Part shown: positions 1-9,920 of the stretch, one piece after another
How the letters are laid out: every line of letters begins with the position of its first letter
Position numbering within the stretch: position 1 is the first letter of the stretch
Assembly: GCA_038228295.1 (NCBI GenBank)
Contig: JBBRPH010000027.1
Location: 375-64,374, forward strand
DNA: 64,000 nucleotides
DNA from: Chloroflexia bacterium
Lineage (GTDB): Bacteria; Chloroflexota; Chloroflexia; QHBQ01; JAICKM01
Direction: 5' to 3'
Notes under the pieces: model-generated
The model's database searches: none
What the model saw: only the letters and a program-made list of their open reading frames with translations
What the model was told of the DNA's origin: nothing
Position numbers and translations under genes: made by a program

Positions 1-519
1 CGGACCATCATACAGTGTCGCCGTTGGGACGGCATCATAGCTCAGGGGCCGCCCGTCCGCTTCCCACGCACCCAGGCCGCCGTCTAGCACGCCCACATCG
101 CGGTAGCCTGCCGCCAGCAGCATCTGCGCCAAACTGGCGCTTTGTTCATCGTGCGGTCAGCCACAGTAGACGATTAGTGGGCGATCATGGGGCAAGGTGT
201 CCAGCCGGCCGGCGACGGCCGCCGGCGGGAACAGTTGCGCGCCGGGGATACGACGCACTGCATAATCCTCCGGCAGCCGCACATCCAGCAGCACCACTCG
301 GTTGGCCGCCAGATCCGCCGCAAGTGCGGCCGGCGACACCCGTCGGAATGCCTCCGGCGCTGCCGTCACCGAGACGAGCGGCGCGGGCGTGAGCAGCGGC
401 GGCAAGGTCGGCGGCACACGCAGGGACGGTACGCCTCCTGCCCCCGGTTCCGGCGCCGTCGCGCAGCCCGCCGTCAGTAACAGCACACCGATCCCCAACA
501 CCCACAGCATTCGCTTCAT
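1..519 (-). CDS. Rhodanese-domain lipoprotein, probable selenoprotein (UGA at 159-157 read as Sec); runs off window start
   Basis: Lipobox LTAG-C; rhodanese core VLLDVR..IPGA..LIVYCG. The same frame continues past TGA without another stop to position 1: PHDEQSASLAQMLLAAGYRDVGVLDGGLGAWEADGRP (rhodanese C-terminal motif). Confidence 0.75.
126..140 (-). promoter_or_regulatory. Candidate bacterial SECIS hairpin
   Basis: GCGCCA-GTT-TGGCGC perfect 6-bp stem starting 16 nt after the in-frame UGA; the apical loop begins with G. Confidence 0.55.
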
Positions 520-698
520 GGCCCATTATACCAGATGCCCCCCACCCGGCCCAACGCGCCTACGCCTCAGGCAGCCCTGCCCCGGCGCCGCCAATACCGC
601 CCACAGCATACGCTCCCGCCTAAGCGCTAAACAGGCGTGGCTCAGGAGCGTGTGTTCCTGAGCCACTTGCCTACAGCCTACCGCTGCCCATGTATCGG

Positions 699-1823
699 CT
701 ACTGGTCTGACCGCTTGCGGAAGAGCTTGAGCGGCGCACCGGCGCTCGGCCCCGACGCAGCAGCGCGGGCATAGGCGAGGATGCTGATCTGTGCGGCCAG
801 GTTTTTGGCGACCGTGCGGAAGGCTTCGGCCGGCGCCGACTGCGGCTGGTCCACGGTGATCGGCTTACCACTGTCGCTGCCCAAGCGCACCGCCAGCGTC
901 AGCGGCAGTTCGCCCAGGAACGGCACGTCGAGATCGTGCGCCGCTGCGGCCGCGCCGCCGTGCCCGAAAATCTGTGTTTCGTGTTGGCAATTGGGGCAGA
1001 TGAACGTCGTCATGTTCTCCACGATGCCCAACACCGGCACGTTCAGCTTCTGGAACATCGCCAGCGCACGCTTGGCATCCATCAAGGCCACATCCTGCGG
1101 CGTGCTGACGATCACTGCGCCGGTGAGCGGCAGCGATTGGGCCACCGTCAGTTGCACATCACCGGTGCCTGGAGGCATATCCATCACCAAGTAGTCCAAC
1201 TGGCCCCACTCGACGTCATACATGAATTGGGTTAGCAGTTTGGTCAACATCGGCCCACGCCAAATCACCGGTGAATTATCGTCGGGCAGGAAAAAAGCGA
1301 TGGAGATCATATCCACGTTATAGGTGCGGATCGGCTCGATTTTACCGCTGGGACTGCTTTCCGGCTTGCCGACGGCGCCCATCATTAAGGGCACATTAGG
1401 GCCGTAGATGTCGGCATCCAGCAGGCCCACGCGCGCGCCGGTCTGGGCCAGGGCCAGGGCCAGGTTCACCGCCACGGTGGACTTGCCCACGCCGCCTTTG
1501 CCGCTGCCGACGGCGATGATGTTGCGCACGCCGGGAATGCCCTCACGCTGCGGCACATAGGAGCCTTGCACCCGCGAAGTCATCGTCGCGGTCGCCGAGG
1601 TTACACCGGGGATGGCGCCCACCGCCGCCTCGGCCTGTTGCTTCATCTGCTCTTTGACCGGGCAGGCCGGCGTGGTTAAGACGACAGTGAAATTTACTAC
1701 ACCGTCACTAATCTTTACATTTTCAACAAACTTCAAAGCCACAATATCTTTATGCAGATCGGGATCACGCACCGTCCGCAAAGCATCAAGCACTTGTTCT
1801 TCCGTTACCGCTGTTAGCGTCAT
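699..1823 (-). CDS. mrp: Mrp/NBP35 (ApbC) Fe-S cluster carrier ATPase with N-terminal DUF59-like domain
   Basis: TTPACP, GSGKGGVGKST, DADIYGPNVP, WRGPM, DMPPGTGD and CPNC motifs. Confidence 0.93.
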   Translation of the reverse strand: MTLTAVTEEQVLDALRTVRDPDLHKDIVALKFVENVKISDGVVNFTVVLTTPACPVKEQMKQQAEAAVGAIPGVTSATATMTSRVQGSYVPQREGIPGVRNIIAVGSGKGGVGKSTVAVNLALALAQTGARVGLLDADIYGPNVPLMMGAVGKPESSPSGKIEPIRTYNVDMISIAFFLPDDNSPVIWRGPMLTKLLTQFMYDVEWGQLDYLVMDMPPGTGDVQLTVAQSLPLTGAVIVSTPQDVALMDAKRALAMFQKLNVPVLGIVENMTTFICPNCQHETQIFGHGGAAAAAHDLDVPFLGELPLTLAVRLGSDSGKPITVDQPQSAPAEAFRTVAKNLAAQISILAYARAAASGPSAGAPLKLFRKRSDQ

Positions 1824-2013
1824 GTTATCGCTCCCACTTAAAACCGGTCATTTATAAGCCGTAGTATACACGCTAGCATAGCAAACGGTTGCCACACCGT
1901 CTGTAAGACAACATCCAACTATACCCTTTTCTCCTAGCGGAGTCAACGCGCCGCGCCATAAAACGTTCGCTGAGACGCTGTTCAAGCCGGCCCCGTGCTC
2001 CCAGCGCAGCCAC

Positions 2014-2042
2014 TTGACAGGCAGGCGTGTCTACATTATAAT
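2014..2042 (+). promoter_or_regulatory. Sigma70 promoter of GntR-ABC operon
   Basis: Exact TTGACA-17 bp-TATAAT about 40 bp upstream of the GntR start. Confidence 0.8.
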
Positions 2043-2081
2043 TATCTCATAAAGATGATACATTAACACAAGCGAGGCACC

Positions 2082-2492
2082 ATGCCGATCTGGCTGACCA
2101 TTGATGAGCATAGCGGTGTGCCCATCTACCTGCAACTGGTGGATCAGGTACGCCACGCCCTTGAAGTGGGCGTATTGCAGCAGGGCGATGCCATGCCAAC
2201 CGTGCGCGAATTGGTGGAAGACCTCACGATTGCGCCCAACACGATTGTCAAAGCCTACGGCAAACTGCAAGACCTGGGGCTAATTAAGAGCCGGCCCGGT
2301 GCGGGCACGGTAGTCACTGGCGGCCTGAACGGATCGCTGCGCCACAGCCGGCAGGCGGCGCTCTACGAGCGACTGCACGCTCTGGTGCGGGATGCCGCCG
2401 GGTTGGGCATTGACTCCGCCGATCTCACGGCGCGCCTGCAAGCCGCAGTCGCCGAGGTCTATCCGCCGCGCACTGACGAAGGAGCCGGCTAA
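2082..2492 (+). CDS. GntR family transcriptional regulator (YtrA subfamily)
   Basis: PIYLQLVDQVR..GDAMPTVRELVEDLTIAPNTIVKAY..GAGT wHTH, short C-terminus; heads an ABC operon. Confidence 0.9.
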   Translation: MPIWLTIDEHSGVPIYLQLVDQVRHALEVGVLQQGDAMPTVRELVEDLTIAPNTIVKAYGKLQDLGLIKSRPGAGTVVTGGLNGSLRHSRQAALYERLHALVRDAAGLGIDSADLTARLQAAVAEVYPPRTDEGAG

Positions 2493-3469
2493 TGGCAATC
2501 TCCAGACTAACTGAGACGGCAACCGGCGTGCCGACCGGCACAGCGGCGGCTATCGAACTGCACAACCTGAGCGTCCAATACGGCACGCAGCGAGCGGTAG
2601 ACAACCTTAGCTTCACCGTGCCGGTGGGATCGATCTTCGGCTTCTTGGGGCCGAACGGCGCGGGCAAGACCAGCACGATCAAAGCGCTGCTCGGCTTCCG
2701 CCCGCCCGCCGCCGGCAGCGCGCGTGTGCTGGGCCACGACGTAGTGCGCGACAGCATGGCGGTGCGCGCCCACGTCGGCTATGTCAGCGAAACCAACAGC
2801 CTCTACGATGGGCTGACCATTCCGCAACTGCTCGCCTTTAGCCGCGCCACGGCCCCGCGCTGGAACGGAGATTTAGTCGCCCGCCGATTGCGGGATTTCG
2901 GTCTGCCCGCTAGGGGCCGCGTCGGGCGCTTGTCCAAAGGCATGAAGTCGCAGCTCGCGCTGTGCCTGGCGCTGGGTAGCGAACCGGATCTGCTGATCCT
3001 GGATGAGCCGACCACCGGGCTAGATCCGCTGGCCCGGCACCAGTTCTTGAACACCATCGTGCGCGACGTGGCCGCCGCAGGCAAGACGCTCTTCTTTTCG
3101 TCGCACATCCTCTCCGAAGTCGAAGCGGTGGCTGATCAGGTGGCGATCATCCGGGCCGGGCGGCTACTGGTTTGCGATGAACTCGACCACCTGAAAGCCA
3201 CCCAGCGCCTAATCAAGCTGGCCTACACCGAACCACCGCCGCCGGACGAACTCGCCGCCCTGCGCGGGCTGCCCGGCGTGGCGCGGGTGAGTGCTGCCGG
3301 ACGCGGCGTGCGTATCCTGGCCCGTGGCGATGTGGATAGCCTGGCCGCCGCCTTGCGCAGCCGCCCGCTCGCCCCGCATCATCTCGACTTGGTGCCGCTC
3401 AACCTGGAGAGTCTGTTTCTGGAATACATGAAAGACGACAAGGAAGGAGACGCGCCCGATGGTCGCTAA
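2492..3469 (+). CDS. ABC transporter ATP-binding protein (YtrB-like)
   Basis: GPNGAGKT, LSKGM, LILDEPT, SSH motifs. Confidence 0.92.
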   Translation: MAISRLTETATGVPTGTAAAIELHNLSVQYGTQRAVDNLSFTVPVGSIFGFLGPNGAGKTSTIKALLGFRPPAAGSARVLGHDVVRDSMAVRAHVGYVSETNSLYDGLTIPQLLAFSRATAPRWNGDLVARRLRDFGLPARGRVGRLSKGMKSQLALCLALGSEPDLLILDEPTTGLDPLARHQFLNTIVRDVAAAGKTLFFSSHILSEVEAVADQVAIIRAGRLLVCDELDHLKATQRLIKLAYTEPPPPDELAALRGLPGVARVSAAGRGVRILARGDVDSLAAALRSRPLAPHHLDLVPLNLESLFLEYMKDDKEGDAPDGR

Positions 3470-4214
3470 AGAACTGCTCGAAAACCGCTGGAAAGCCGGC
3501 CTCGGCGGCCTCGTTGCCCTGCTCATGGCAGTGTTCGCAGTCTATTCCCTAGTCTGGGTAAAGCAGTTAAGCCCGCTGACGCTGGACACGCCGTTGCTCT
3601 CCACCGCAGACCGCACGCTGGTGCGCCAGGAATTGGCGAGTATCGAGGTCTGGACCTGGGCCAACTGGTTCGCTAAAAACGCGGGCCTGATCCTGGCACC
3701 GCTGGCCGCTGTGCTCGGCGGCAGCGCGATTGCGGGCGAGGTTAGTCGGGGCACCATTTTCCTGCTGCTGAGTAAGCCCCTCAGCCGCGACCGCGTGCTG
3801 CTGACCAAATACGCCGTGAGCGCCACGATCCTGCTGCTAGTCAGTGTGCTGGCAAGTGTAGGCATCGTCCTGACCACGCTGGCGCTAGGCCGGTCGCTAC
3901 CGCTGGGCGGGTTAGCGATCTCGACCGTGTTGATCTGGCTGGGTAGCCTGTCGATCCTCGGTGTGGCGCTGCTCTTCTCCGTGCCGGCGACAGACAGCCT
4001 GCGCGCGGTGGCCGGCGCGCTGGTCGTGGCGCTGCTGATCGGCGTACCGGGCTTTAGCCCCGGCAACCGGCCCTGGAACCTGACCGCCTATTGGGCCAGT
4101 CTAAGTGCCTATCAGGGCCGCGAGTTCCCGCTACTCGAACTGGTCGTCTGTGGGGTCACGGCCGCGCTGCCGTTAGCGGGAGCGCTGCTGTTGTTTCGCC
4201 GCCGGGCGTTCTGA
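3459..4214 (+). CDS. ABC-2 type permease
   Basis: About six hydrophobic segments; IAGEVSRGTIFLLLSKPLSRDRVLLTK motif; overlaps the ATPase stop. Confidence 0.85.
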   Translation: MVAKELLENRWKAGLGGLVALLMAVFAVYSLVWVKQLSPLTLDTPLLSTADRTLVRQELASIEVWTWANWFAKNAGLILAPLAAVLGGSAIAGEVSRGTIFLLLSKPLSRDRVLLTKYAVSATILLLVSVLASVGIVLTTLALGRSLPLGGLAISTVLIWLGSLSILGVALLFSVPATDSLRAVAGALVVALLIGVPGFSPGNRPWNLTAYWASLSAYQGREFPLLELVVCGVTAALPLAGALLLFRRRAF

Positions 4215-4278
4215 TTGCAATTGGAACTGTAGGGGCGCTACGTGCTGCGCCCATGCGACGATGGAAGGAGGATCGGTA

Positions 4279-5172
4279 GTGCAAAAGGTGTTAAAATGGT
4301 TGTTCCCACTAGTGATTGTGGCGAACATTATCCTGGTGTGGGCGAAAGTATTAGATGCTCGCACGGCGCTGCTCGTCGGCGGTACACTGGAACTGTTGGG
4401 CTTCGTGCTGGGCCTGCGTGCGGTGGGCGCGGCAGTGCTAGCCTACCGGCGCAACCGCGCAGCAGGCTTGAACGTGGAGGCGGCGTTAGAAGACGGCTTG
4501 ACCATCCTGTTCCCGCGCCGGGTCGCCCGCCTAGTGGCAATGGAGCCGCGCATCTATGTTTGCCTCTACCGCTCCTTGCGCCGCCGCTCGCCGGCGGCCG
4601 ACGAGTTTGCCTATCACCGCCGCTCTTTCATCGGCTCAATAGTCGCGCTGATCTTTCTGACCGCGCCTTTCGAGGTACTGGCTTATGAACTGTTGGTGCC
4701 GTGGGCCGGAGTGCGGTGGGCCTTGCTAGCCGTCACAGTCTACTCGATGATCTGGCTGCTGGGCTTCTATGCCTCGCTGCATACCCTGCCCTACCGGCTA
4801 GCCGCCGACGGTCTGCAGTTGCACTACGGCATCTTAGCCGAAGGCAGCGTACCCTATAGCGCGTTGGCCGACGTGATGCTAGAGCGACACAAAGCCCCCA
4901 GCGGACGCGAGGGGTTGCAAACCGCACCCGACGGCGCCTGCTATCTTGCTGTCGGAGGACGCACCGACCTGACCCTGCGCCTAAACAAGCCGATAACCAT
5001 CGCGGGCCTTTTCAAACCGCTACCGGCCACCACCGTGCTGCATTTAGCCGCCGACGACCCCGCTGCGCTAGTCGTCGCCCTGCGTGCGCGTGCCGGCCTT
5101 GCGCCAACCGAGCCGCCTACCTCGGCGCAGCCGGTGGTTCGCGGGCCGTGGGCCGTAGCGCGCGAATCATGA
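4279..5172 (+). CDS. Membrane protein of unknown function (likely last gene of the Ytr-like operon)
   Basis: GTG start after AGGAGG; four hydrophobic segments and a soluble C-terminus. Confidence 0.7.
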   Translation: MQKVLKWLFPLVIVANIILVWAKVLDARTALLVGGTLELLGFVLGLRAVGAAVLAYRRNRAAGLNVEAALEDGLTILFPRRVARLVAMEPRIYVCLYRSLRRRSPAADEFAYHRRSFIGSIVALIFLTAPFEVLAYELLVPWAGVRWALLAVTVYSMIWLLGFYASLHTLPYRLAADGLQLHYGILAEGSVPYSALADVMLERHKAPSGREGLQTAPDGACYLAVGGRTDLTLRLNKPITIAGLFKPLPATTVLHLAADDPAALVVALRARAGLAPTEPPTSAQPVVRGPWAVARES

Positions 5173-5335
5173 GCTGTGGGCAATTTCCGCGCTTCGCGCT
5201 TCTTCACGGCCCTTCGCGGATCAAATGGTATTCGTAAGCAGCGCGAAGGGCGGAATAGAGCCGGGGCAGTTCAACCCGTCGTTATCCACAACGCAGTACT
5301 CAGCACGCTGCTCCATTCCGCACTCCGCATTCTTC

Positions 5336-6205
5336 TCAGCGACCCAGCCGGAAGAAGAAGCGTTGAGCGATCAGGAAGATGCCTAGCACCGGTAGGGTCA
5401 GCACCAGCGAGCCGGCCATCAGCAGCGGCCAGCCGGTGGGGTTGGACTGTTGCAACGCCTGGATGCCGACCGGCAGCGTGTAGTATGCCTGGTTGTTGAT
5501 GTACAGCAGGGGGCTAAGGTAATCGCTCCAATAGAACACGGTCGCCAGCACCGTCACCGCACCGATAGCCGGCCAGACCTGCGGCAGCCCGATGGACCAC
5601 CAGACGCGCCAGGAGCCGGCCCCGTCGAGTCGCGCCTGCTCAAAGGTGGCGGGCGGAACGCGGGCGAAAGCCCAGGCGAACAGTAGCACATAAAGCGGGC
5701 TGGTGCCCATAATCGCTGGGGCAATCAGCGCCAGCGGCGTATCCAGGATGCCGATGGTCTTGTAGATCAGGAAGCGCGGCAGCCAGAGCGCCATCGTCGG
5801 CACCAGCAGCGCGGCCACCGAGACCGCGACCAACGCCGTGCGCGCCCGTGCGGGCAACGTGGCCAGCGCAAACCCGGCCAGCGATCCCGTCAGCACGGTG
5901 AGCGGCACCGCCACTAGGATCACCAGCAGTGAGTTGCCCAGCCAGCGGCCCAGCGCAAAGTTTTGGAAGATGGTGGGATAATTCTCCCACGAAAGCACGG
6001 CCGGAATCCACTCAAAGCGGACGGCCGGCGGCAGGGTGGTCGCGCGCAACGAGGTGCTGAACATCCAGAGCAGCGGCAAGATGCCGCCCAACCCCACCAG
6101 CACGGTGAGCACCAGTCGGACTGGTTGCCACCAAGCCCGTTCCCAGCCCGGCGGTAGGCCCGGCACGGCGACCGTGGGTAAGCCCTCAACGGCATCATCC
6201 AGCAT
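5336..6205 (-). CDS. Carbohydrate ABC transporter permease (MalG-like)
   Basis: EQARLDGAGSWRVWWSIGLP EAA loop; WENY..LGNS pattern. Confidence 0.9.
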   Translation of the reverse strand: MLDDAVEGLPTVAVPGLPPGWERAWWQPVRLVLTVLVGLGGILPLLWMFSTSLRATTLPPAVRFEWIPAVLSWENYPTIFQNFALGRWLGNSLLVILVAVPLTVLTGSLAGFALATLPARARTALVAVSVAALLVPTMALWLPRFLIYKTIGILDTPLALIAPAIMGTSPLYVLLFAWAFARVPPATFEQARLDGAGSWRVWWSIGLPQVWPAIGAVTVLATVFYWSDYLSPLLYINNQAYYTLPVGIQALQQSNPTGWPLLMAGSLVLTLPVLGIFLIAQRFFFRLGR

Positions 6206-7121
6206 ATTGCACCTCGCGCCAGCGCCGCGCGGCCAGGAACAGGCCGCCGATCACCAGCGCGGTGACTGCGTACAGCACCAGCGTCATGGCGGCGGCATAG
6301 CCGTAGCGACCAAACTCGGTGGCGTTGCGATAGATCCAGTAGGGCAGATAGGTGGTCGCGTAGTAGGGTCCGCCTTGCGTCACAATCACCGCCGCGACAA
6401 AGCTGGCTTGGAAGCTGAAGACCACGTCGCGCAGCGTCAACAGCAACAGCGAGGGGGCCAACAGTGGCAACGTGAGGTGGCGCACCTGCTGGTCGCCGCT
6501 TGCGCCGTCCAGCTCAGCGGCCTCATAAAGGTCACGCGGGATCTCACCCAACGCCGCTAGCAGCAGCACCATGCCCTCGCCCACCGTGAACAGCAGCAGC
6601 AGGATCACCGCCGCCTGCGCCGCACGCGGGTCGGTCAGCCAGATGCCGGGGGTCGCGACCGGGTTCACCGCCTCCGTCTCCACCCCGCCGGCGAAGATTT
6701 GCGACAGTCCGTTGAGTGGGCCATAGAGCGGATTGAGCAAATACAGCCAGATCAACGCATAGGCCACATCGGGGATGAGTGTCGGCAGGTAGGCCGCGCC
6801 GCGCAAAAAGCTGGTAGCGCGCCCGCGGCTCTGCACCAGCAGGGCCAATCCTAGCGCGCCCAGCACCCGCAACGGAACCGCCACCACTACCAGGATCAGC
6901 GAAGCCCGCAGCCCGTTCCAGAACTTATCGTCGCGCAGCAGTTCAGCAAAGTTGTCGAAGCCCAGGAACTGCGGCGGGCTTAACGCATCGTACTGCGTGA
7001 AGGCAATTCCTGCTGTCAACAGCGCGGGCAGCCCGATCAGCCCGATCAGCCCGATCAGATACGGGCCGAGCATCGCGATCAGTCCCCAATGATAGCGTGA
7101 AATGCGTCGCGCGAACGCCAT
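6195..7121 (-). CDS. Sugar ABC transporter permease (MalF-like)
   Basis: GFDNF..D..FWN; IPRDLYEAAELDGAS EAA loop. Confidence 0.9.
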   Translation of the reverse strand: MAFARRISRYHWGLIAMLGPYLIGLIGLIGLPALLTAGIAFTQYDALSPPQFLGFDNFAELLRDDKFWNGLRASLILVVVAVPLRVLGALGLALLVQSRGRATSFLRGAAYLPTLIPDVAYALIWLYLLNPLYGPLNGLSQIFAGGVETEAVNPVATPGIWLTDPRAAQAAVILLLLFTVGEGMVLLLAALGEIPRDLYEAAELDGASGDQQVRHLTLPLLAPSLLLLTLRDVVFSFQASFVAAVIVTQGGPYYATTYLPYWIYRNATEFGRYGYAAAMTLVLYAVTALVIGGLFLAARRWREVQYAG

Positions 7122-7300
7122 GCGCTCCCTGTTTTCTAGGCACCTTGCCGTATAGCGAACCCTAACCGCTTAGGCCGTATGATAGCATACCGGTCCAACC
7201 GGCATCAAGCAGTGCCACTGTGGAGAGGAGATCCGCCCTGCGACAGTTGCCGACTTCGCGAGCGGAGCACCCTGCCGGCAGCAGCACGCTATAGTCGCTC

Positions 7301-9670
7301 CTATGCCGTCTTCTTCTCAACCGGTTTACGAGCAGACGGTGGCTTGGCCGCCGCCTTGTTTACGGCGGGTTTACGCGTGGCCGGCGCTTTGCTGCCGGCC
7401 TTGCCTTGGGCTGCGGCCGATTTCACGCCGGGCGTGGTGCGGCCGCGCGCCGCCGGGCGCTCCGGCATTTCGTCGGCGGGCACCACAGGGCCGCTGTTGT
7501 GCGGGATGCGGCCCGTATCCGCCGGCACATCTTTACTAGCCCAAGTGCATTGGCTGCACTTCGCGCCCTCGCCCTTTGGTCCCTGCATGATCAGGCCGCC
7601 ACACTGGGGGCACGCGCCCGCTAGCGGTCGGGTCCAGGTCGAGAAGGTGCAAGCCGGGTAGCGGTCGCAGGAAAAGAACGTCTTGCCGCGTCCGCTGCGC
7701 TTCTCCACCATCTGACCCTCACCGCAAATGGGACAGGGCACGCCTACCAGCTTCGGGATGCTGCGCTTGTAGCGGCAGGACGGAAAGCCCGCACAGGCCA
7801 CGAAGGGACCAAAGCGGCTGGTACGGATCAGCAGATCTTTGCCGCACTCCGGGCAGGCTTCGCCCAGCTTTTCCGGCTCCGGCTTATCGAGCGAGATATG
7901 GGCCACTTCGCGCTCGGCACGCGCAATTTCCAACTCAAACGGCCCATAGAACTCGCCCAACACGCGCCGCCATTCGCGCGCACCCTCGGCCACATCGTCC
8001 AGTTCACCCTCCATCTGCGACGTAAATCCTACGTCCACCACATCGGGGAACTGCTCGACCAGCAGATCGTTCACTACGCGACCCAGGTCGGTCGGCACAA
8101 ACTTCTTGTCGGTGCGCTCCACATAGCCGCGCTCTTGCACCGTGCTGAGGATCGGCGCATAGGTGCTGGGTCGCCCGATGCCCTTCTCCTCCAGTGTCTT
8201 CACCAGCGTCGCTTCGGTATAGCGCGGCGGCGGTTCGGTGAAGTGCTGATCGGGCCGCAGGCTGATCAGCGCTAGCGGATCGGCTTCGTTCAAAGGCGGT
8301 AGCGCCTTCTTATCCAGATCATCGGCGGCATCGCCCTGGTCTTGCCCTTCGCGATACACGGCCAGGAAACCGGGGAACTTAATTACCGACCCGGTAGCCC
8401 GGAAAGTATAGGGGCGCGGCGCTTTTGCGCCCGCCGGTCCGGCGCCAATATCCACAGTCGTCTGGTCCATGATCGCCGGGGCCATTTGGCTGGCGAGGAA
8501 ACGTTGCCAGATCAGCCGGTAGAGCCGTAACTGCTCCCCGGTGAGATGCGCAGCCACCGAGTCGGGGTCGCGACCCGGCCCGGTCGGGCGGATGGCTTCG
8601 TGCGCCTCCTGTGCGCCGCGCACCTTCTTGGTATATTGCGGCGGCGTGGCCGGCACATACTCCTTACCGTAGCGCTCGGCGATCACCACGCGCGCTTCGT
8701 CTTGCGCCGAATGCGCCACCTGGGTCGAGTCGGTGCGCATATAGGTAATCAGTCCGACCGATCCCTCACTGCCCAACTCCACGCCTTCGTACAACTGCTG
8801 TGCGATCTGCATGGTGCGCCGCGCCGTAAAGTTCAGCTTACGCGCCGCCTCCTGTTGCAGGGTACTGGTGATAAACGGCGGCGCGGCGTTGCGGCGCGTC
8901 TCGCGCCGTTTCACCGTCTCCACTGCATACTGAGCGCCGTCCAGCGCACGCATCACTGCGTCAGCGGCGGCGCTATCGCCCAACTCCGGTTTCTTACCGT
9001 TGATCGCGTTCAACGTGGCGTGGAATGTGCCTTCTTTGCGGCTTTTGACTGTGCCCATCAGGTCGGCACGGCACAAGTCAGCCTCAATGGTCCAGTATTC
9101 CACCGGTACAAAGGCCTCGATCTCGCGCTCCCGCTCCACCACCAAGCGCACGGCCACCGACTGCACACGCCCTGCCGACAGCCCACGCTGCACCTTTTTC
9201 CATAGCAGCGGACTCAGCTTATAACCGACCAACCGGTCGAGCAAGCGACGTGCCTGCTGGGCGTTGACCAGTTGCATATCAATCTCGCGCGGGTGGGCCA
9301 CCGCCTCGCGGATCGCCTCCGGCGTGATCTCGTGGAAGCTGATACGCTGCACGGTTCGCCCGCCGCCACGTGCCCCGGTCGCCTCAGCGATATGCCAGGC
9401 AATCGCCTCACCCTCACGGTCAGGGTCGGTCGCCAGGTAGACGGTGTCCGCCGCTTGCACCAGCGCCCGCAGATCCTTGACCGTCTGAGATTTATCGCGG
9501 CTCACCAGATACTGCGGCTCAAAGCCGTTCTCGGTATCAATGCCCAGTTTCGTCTTGGGCAGATCACGTACATGACCGCCCGACGCACGCACCTGATAGG
9601 CCCGCCCCAATACTTTACTGATCGTTTTCGCCTTTGTGGGCGATTCTACGATCACCAACTTTGTCGCCAT
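7301..9670 (-). CDS. topA: DNA topoisomerase I with C-terminal zinc ribbons and basic tail
   Basis: LVIVESPTKAKTI, ATDPDREGEAIAWH, SAGRVQS, LITYMRTDS, QEAHEAIRPT, GIGRPSTY; CxxC zinc ribbons. Confidence 0.97.
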   Translation of the reverse strand: MATKLVIVESPTKAKTISKVLGRAYQVRASGGHVRDLPKTKLGIDTENGFEPQYLVSRDKSQTVKDLRALVQAADTVYLATDPDREGEAIAWHIAEATGARGGGRTVQRISFHEITPEAIREAVAHPREIDMQLVNAQQARRLLDRLVGYKLSPLLWKKVQRGLSAGRVQSVAVRLVVEREREIEAFVPVEYWTIEADLCRADLMGTVKSRKEGTFHATLNAINGKKPELGDSAAADAVMRALDGAQYAVETVKRRETRRNAAPPFITSTLQQEAARKLNFTARRTMQIAQQLYEGVELGSEGSVGLITYMRTDSTQVAHSAQDEARVVIAERYGKEYVPATPPQYTKKVRGAQEAHEAIRPTGPGRDPDSVAAHLTGEQLRLYRLIWQRFLASQMAPAIMDQTTVDIGAGPAGAKAPRPYTFRATGSVIKFPGFLAVYREGQDQGDAADDLDKKALPPLNEADPLALISLRPDQHFTEPPPRYTEATLVKTLEEKGIGRPSTYAPILSTVQERGYVERTDKKFVPTDLGRVVNDLLVEQFPDVVDVGFTSQMEGELDDVAEGAREWRRVLGEFYGPFELEIARAEREVAHISLDKPEPEKLGEACPECGKDLLIRTSRFGPFVACAGFPSCRYKRSIPKLVGVPCPICGEGQMVEKRSGRGKTFFSCDRYPACTFSTWTRPLAGACPQCGGLIMQGPKGEGAKCSQCTWASKDVPADTGRIPHNSGPVVPADEMPERPAARGRTTPGVKSAAAQGKAGSKAPATRKPAVNKAAAKPPSARKPVEKKTA

Positions 9671-9789
9671 AACCCCTTGTCACCTTCCGGATAAGCCCCG
9701 CCGCCCCATAGGAACCCGGCACCGGCCTACCAATTATTGCATTCTATAAGGTATACGCACGTCGGATTGCATCCCCCGTGCGGCGCTTA

Positions 9790-9819
9790 ATCATACGCCA
9801 GCCCCCGCACGAGTGTCAA
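9790..9819 (-). promoter_or_regulatory. Sigma70 promoter of topA
   Basis: TTGACA-18 bp-TATGAT on the minus strand about 120 bp upstream of topA. Confidence 0.6.
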
Positions 9820-9920
9820 GCGAATGCGGAATGCGGAATGGACCAGGCGCAATGAACGATGCGGCGTGCTAGGCGATTGAGGAGCTGTAGTCGTGCTGCT
9901 TGCTGCGCCGGCGCCGCTCA

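Noticed and set aside
4229-4256. GTAG-type REP element
   Set aside because: It is a degenerate single copy with no RAYT transposase in the window.
5282-5290. Perfect DnaA box TTATCCACA as an oriC marker
   Set aside because: It is a single copy with no cluster and no adjacent dnaA or AT-rich element; one match in 64 kb is plausible by chance.
7030-7057. CAGCCCGAT x3 (and TTCCGATGA x3 near 52334) as contingency repeats
   Set aside because: These are in-frame 9-mers encoding low-complexity peptides, so they cannot cause phase variation.
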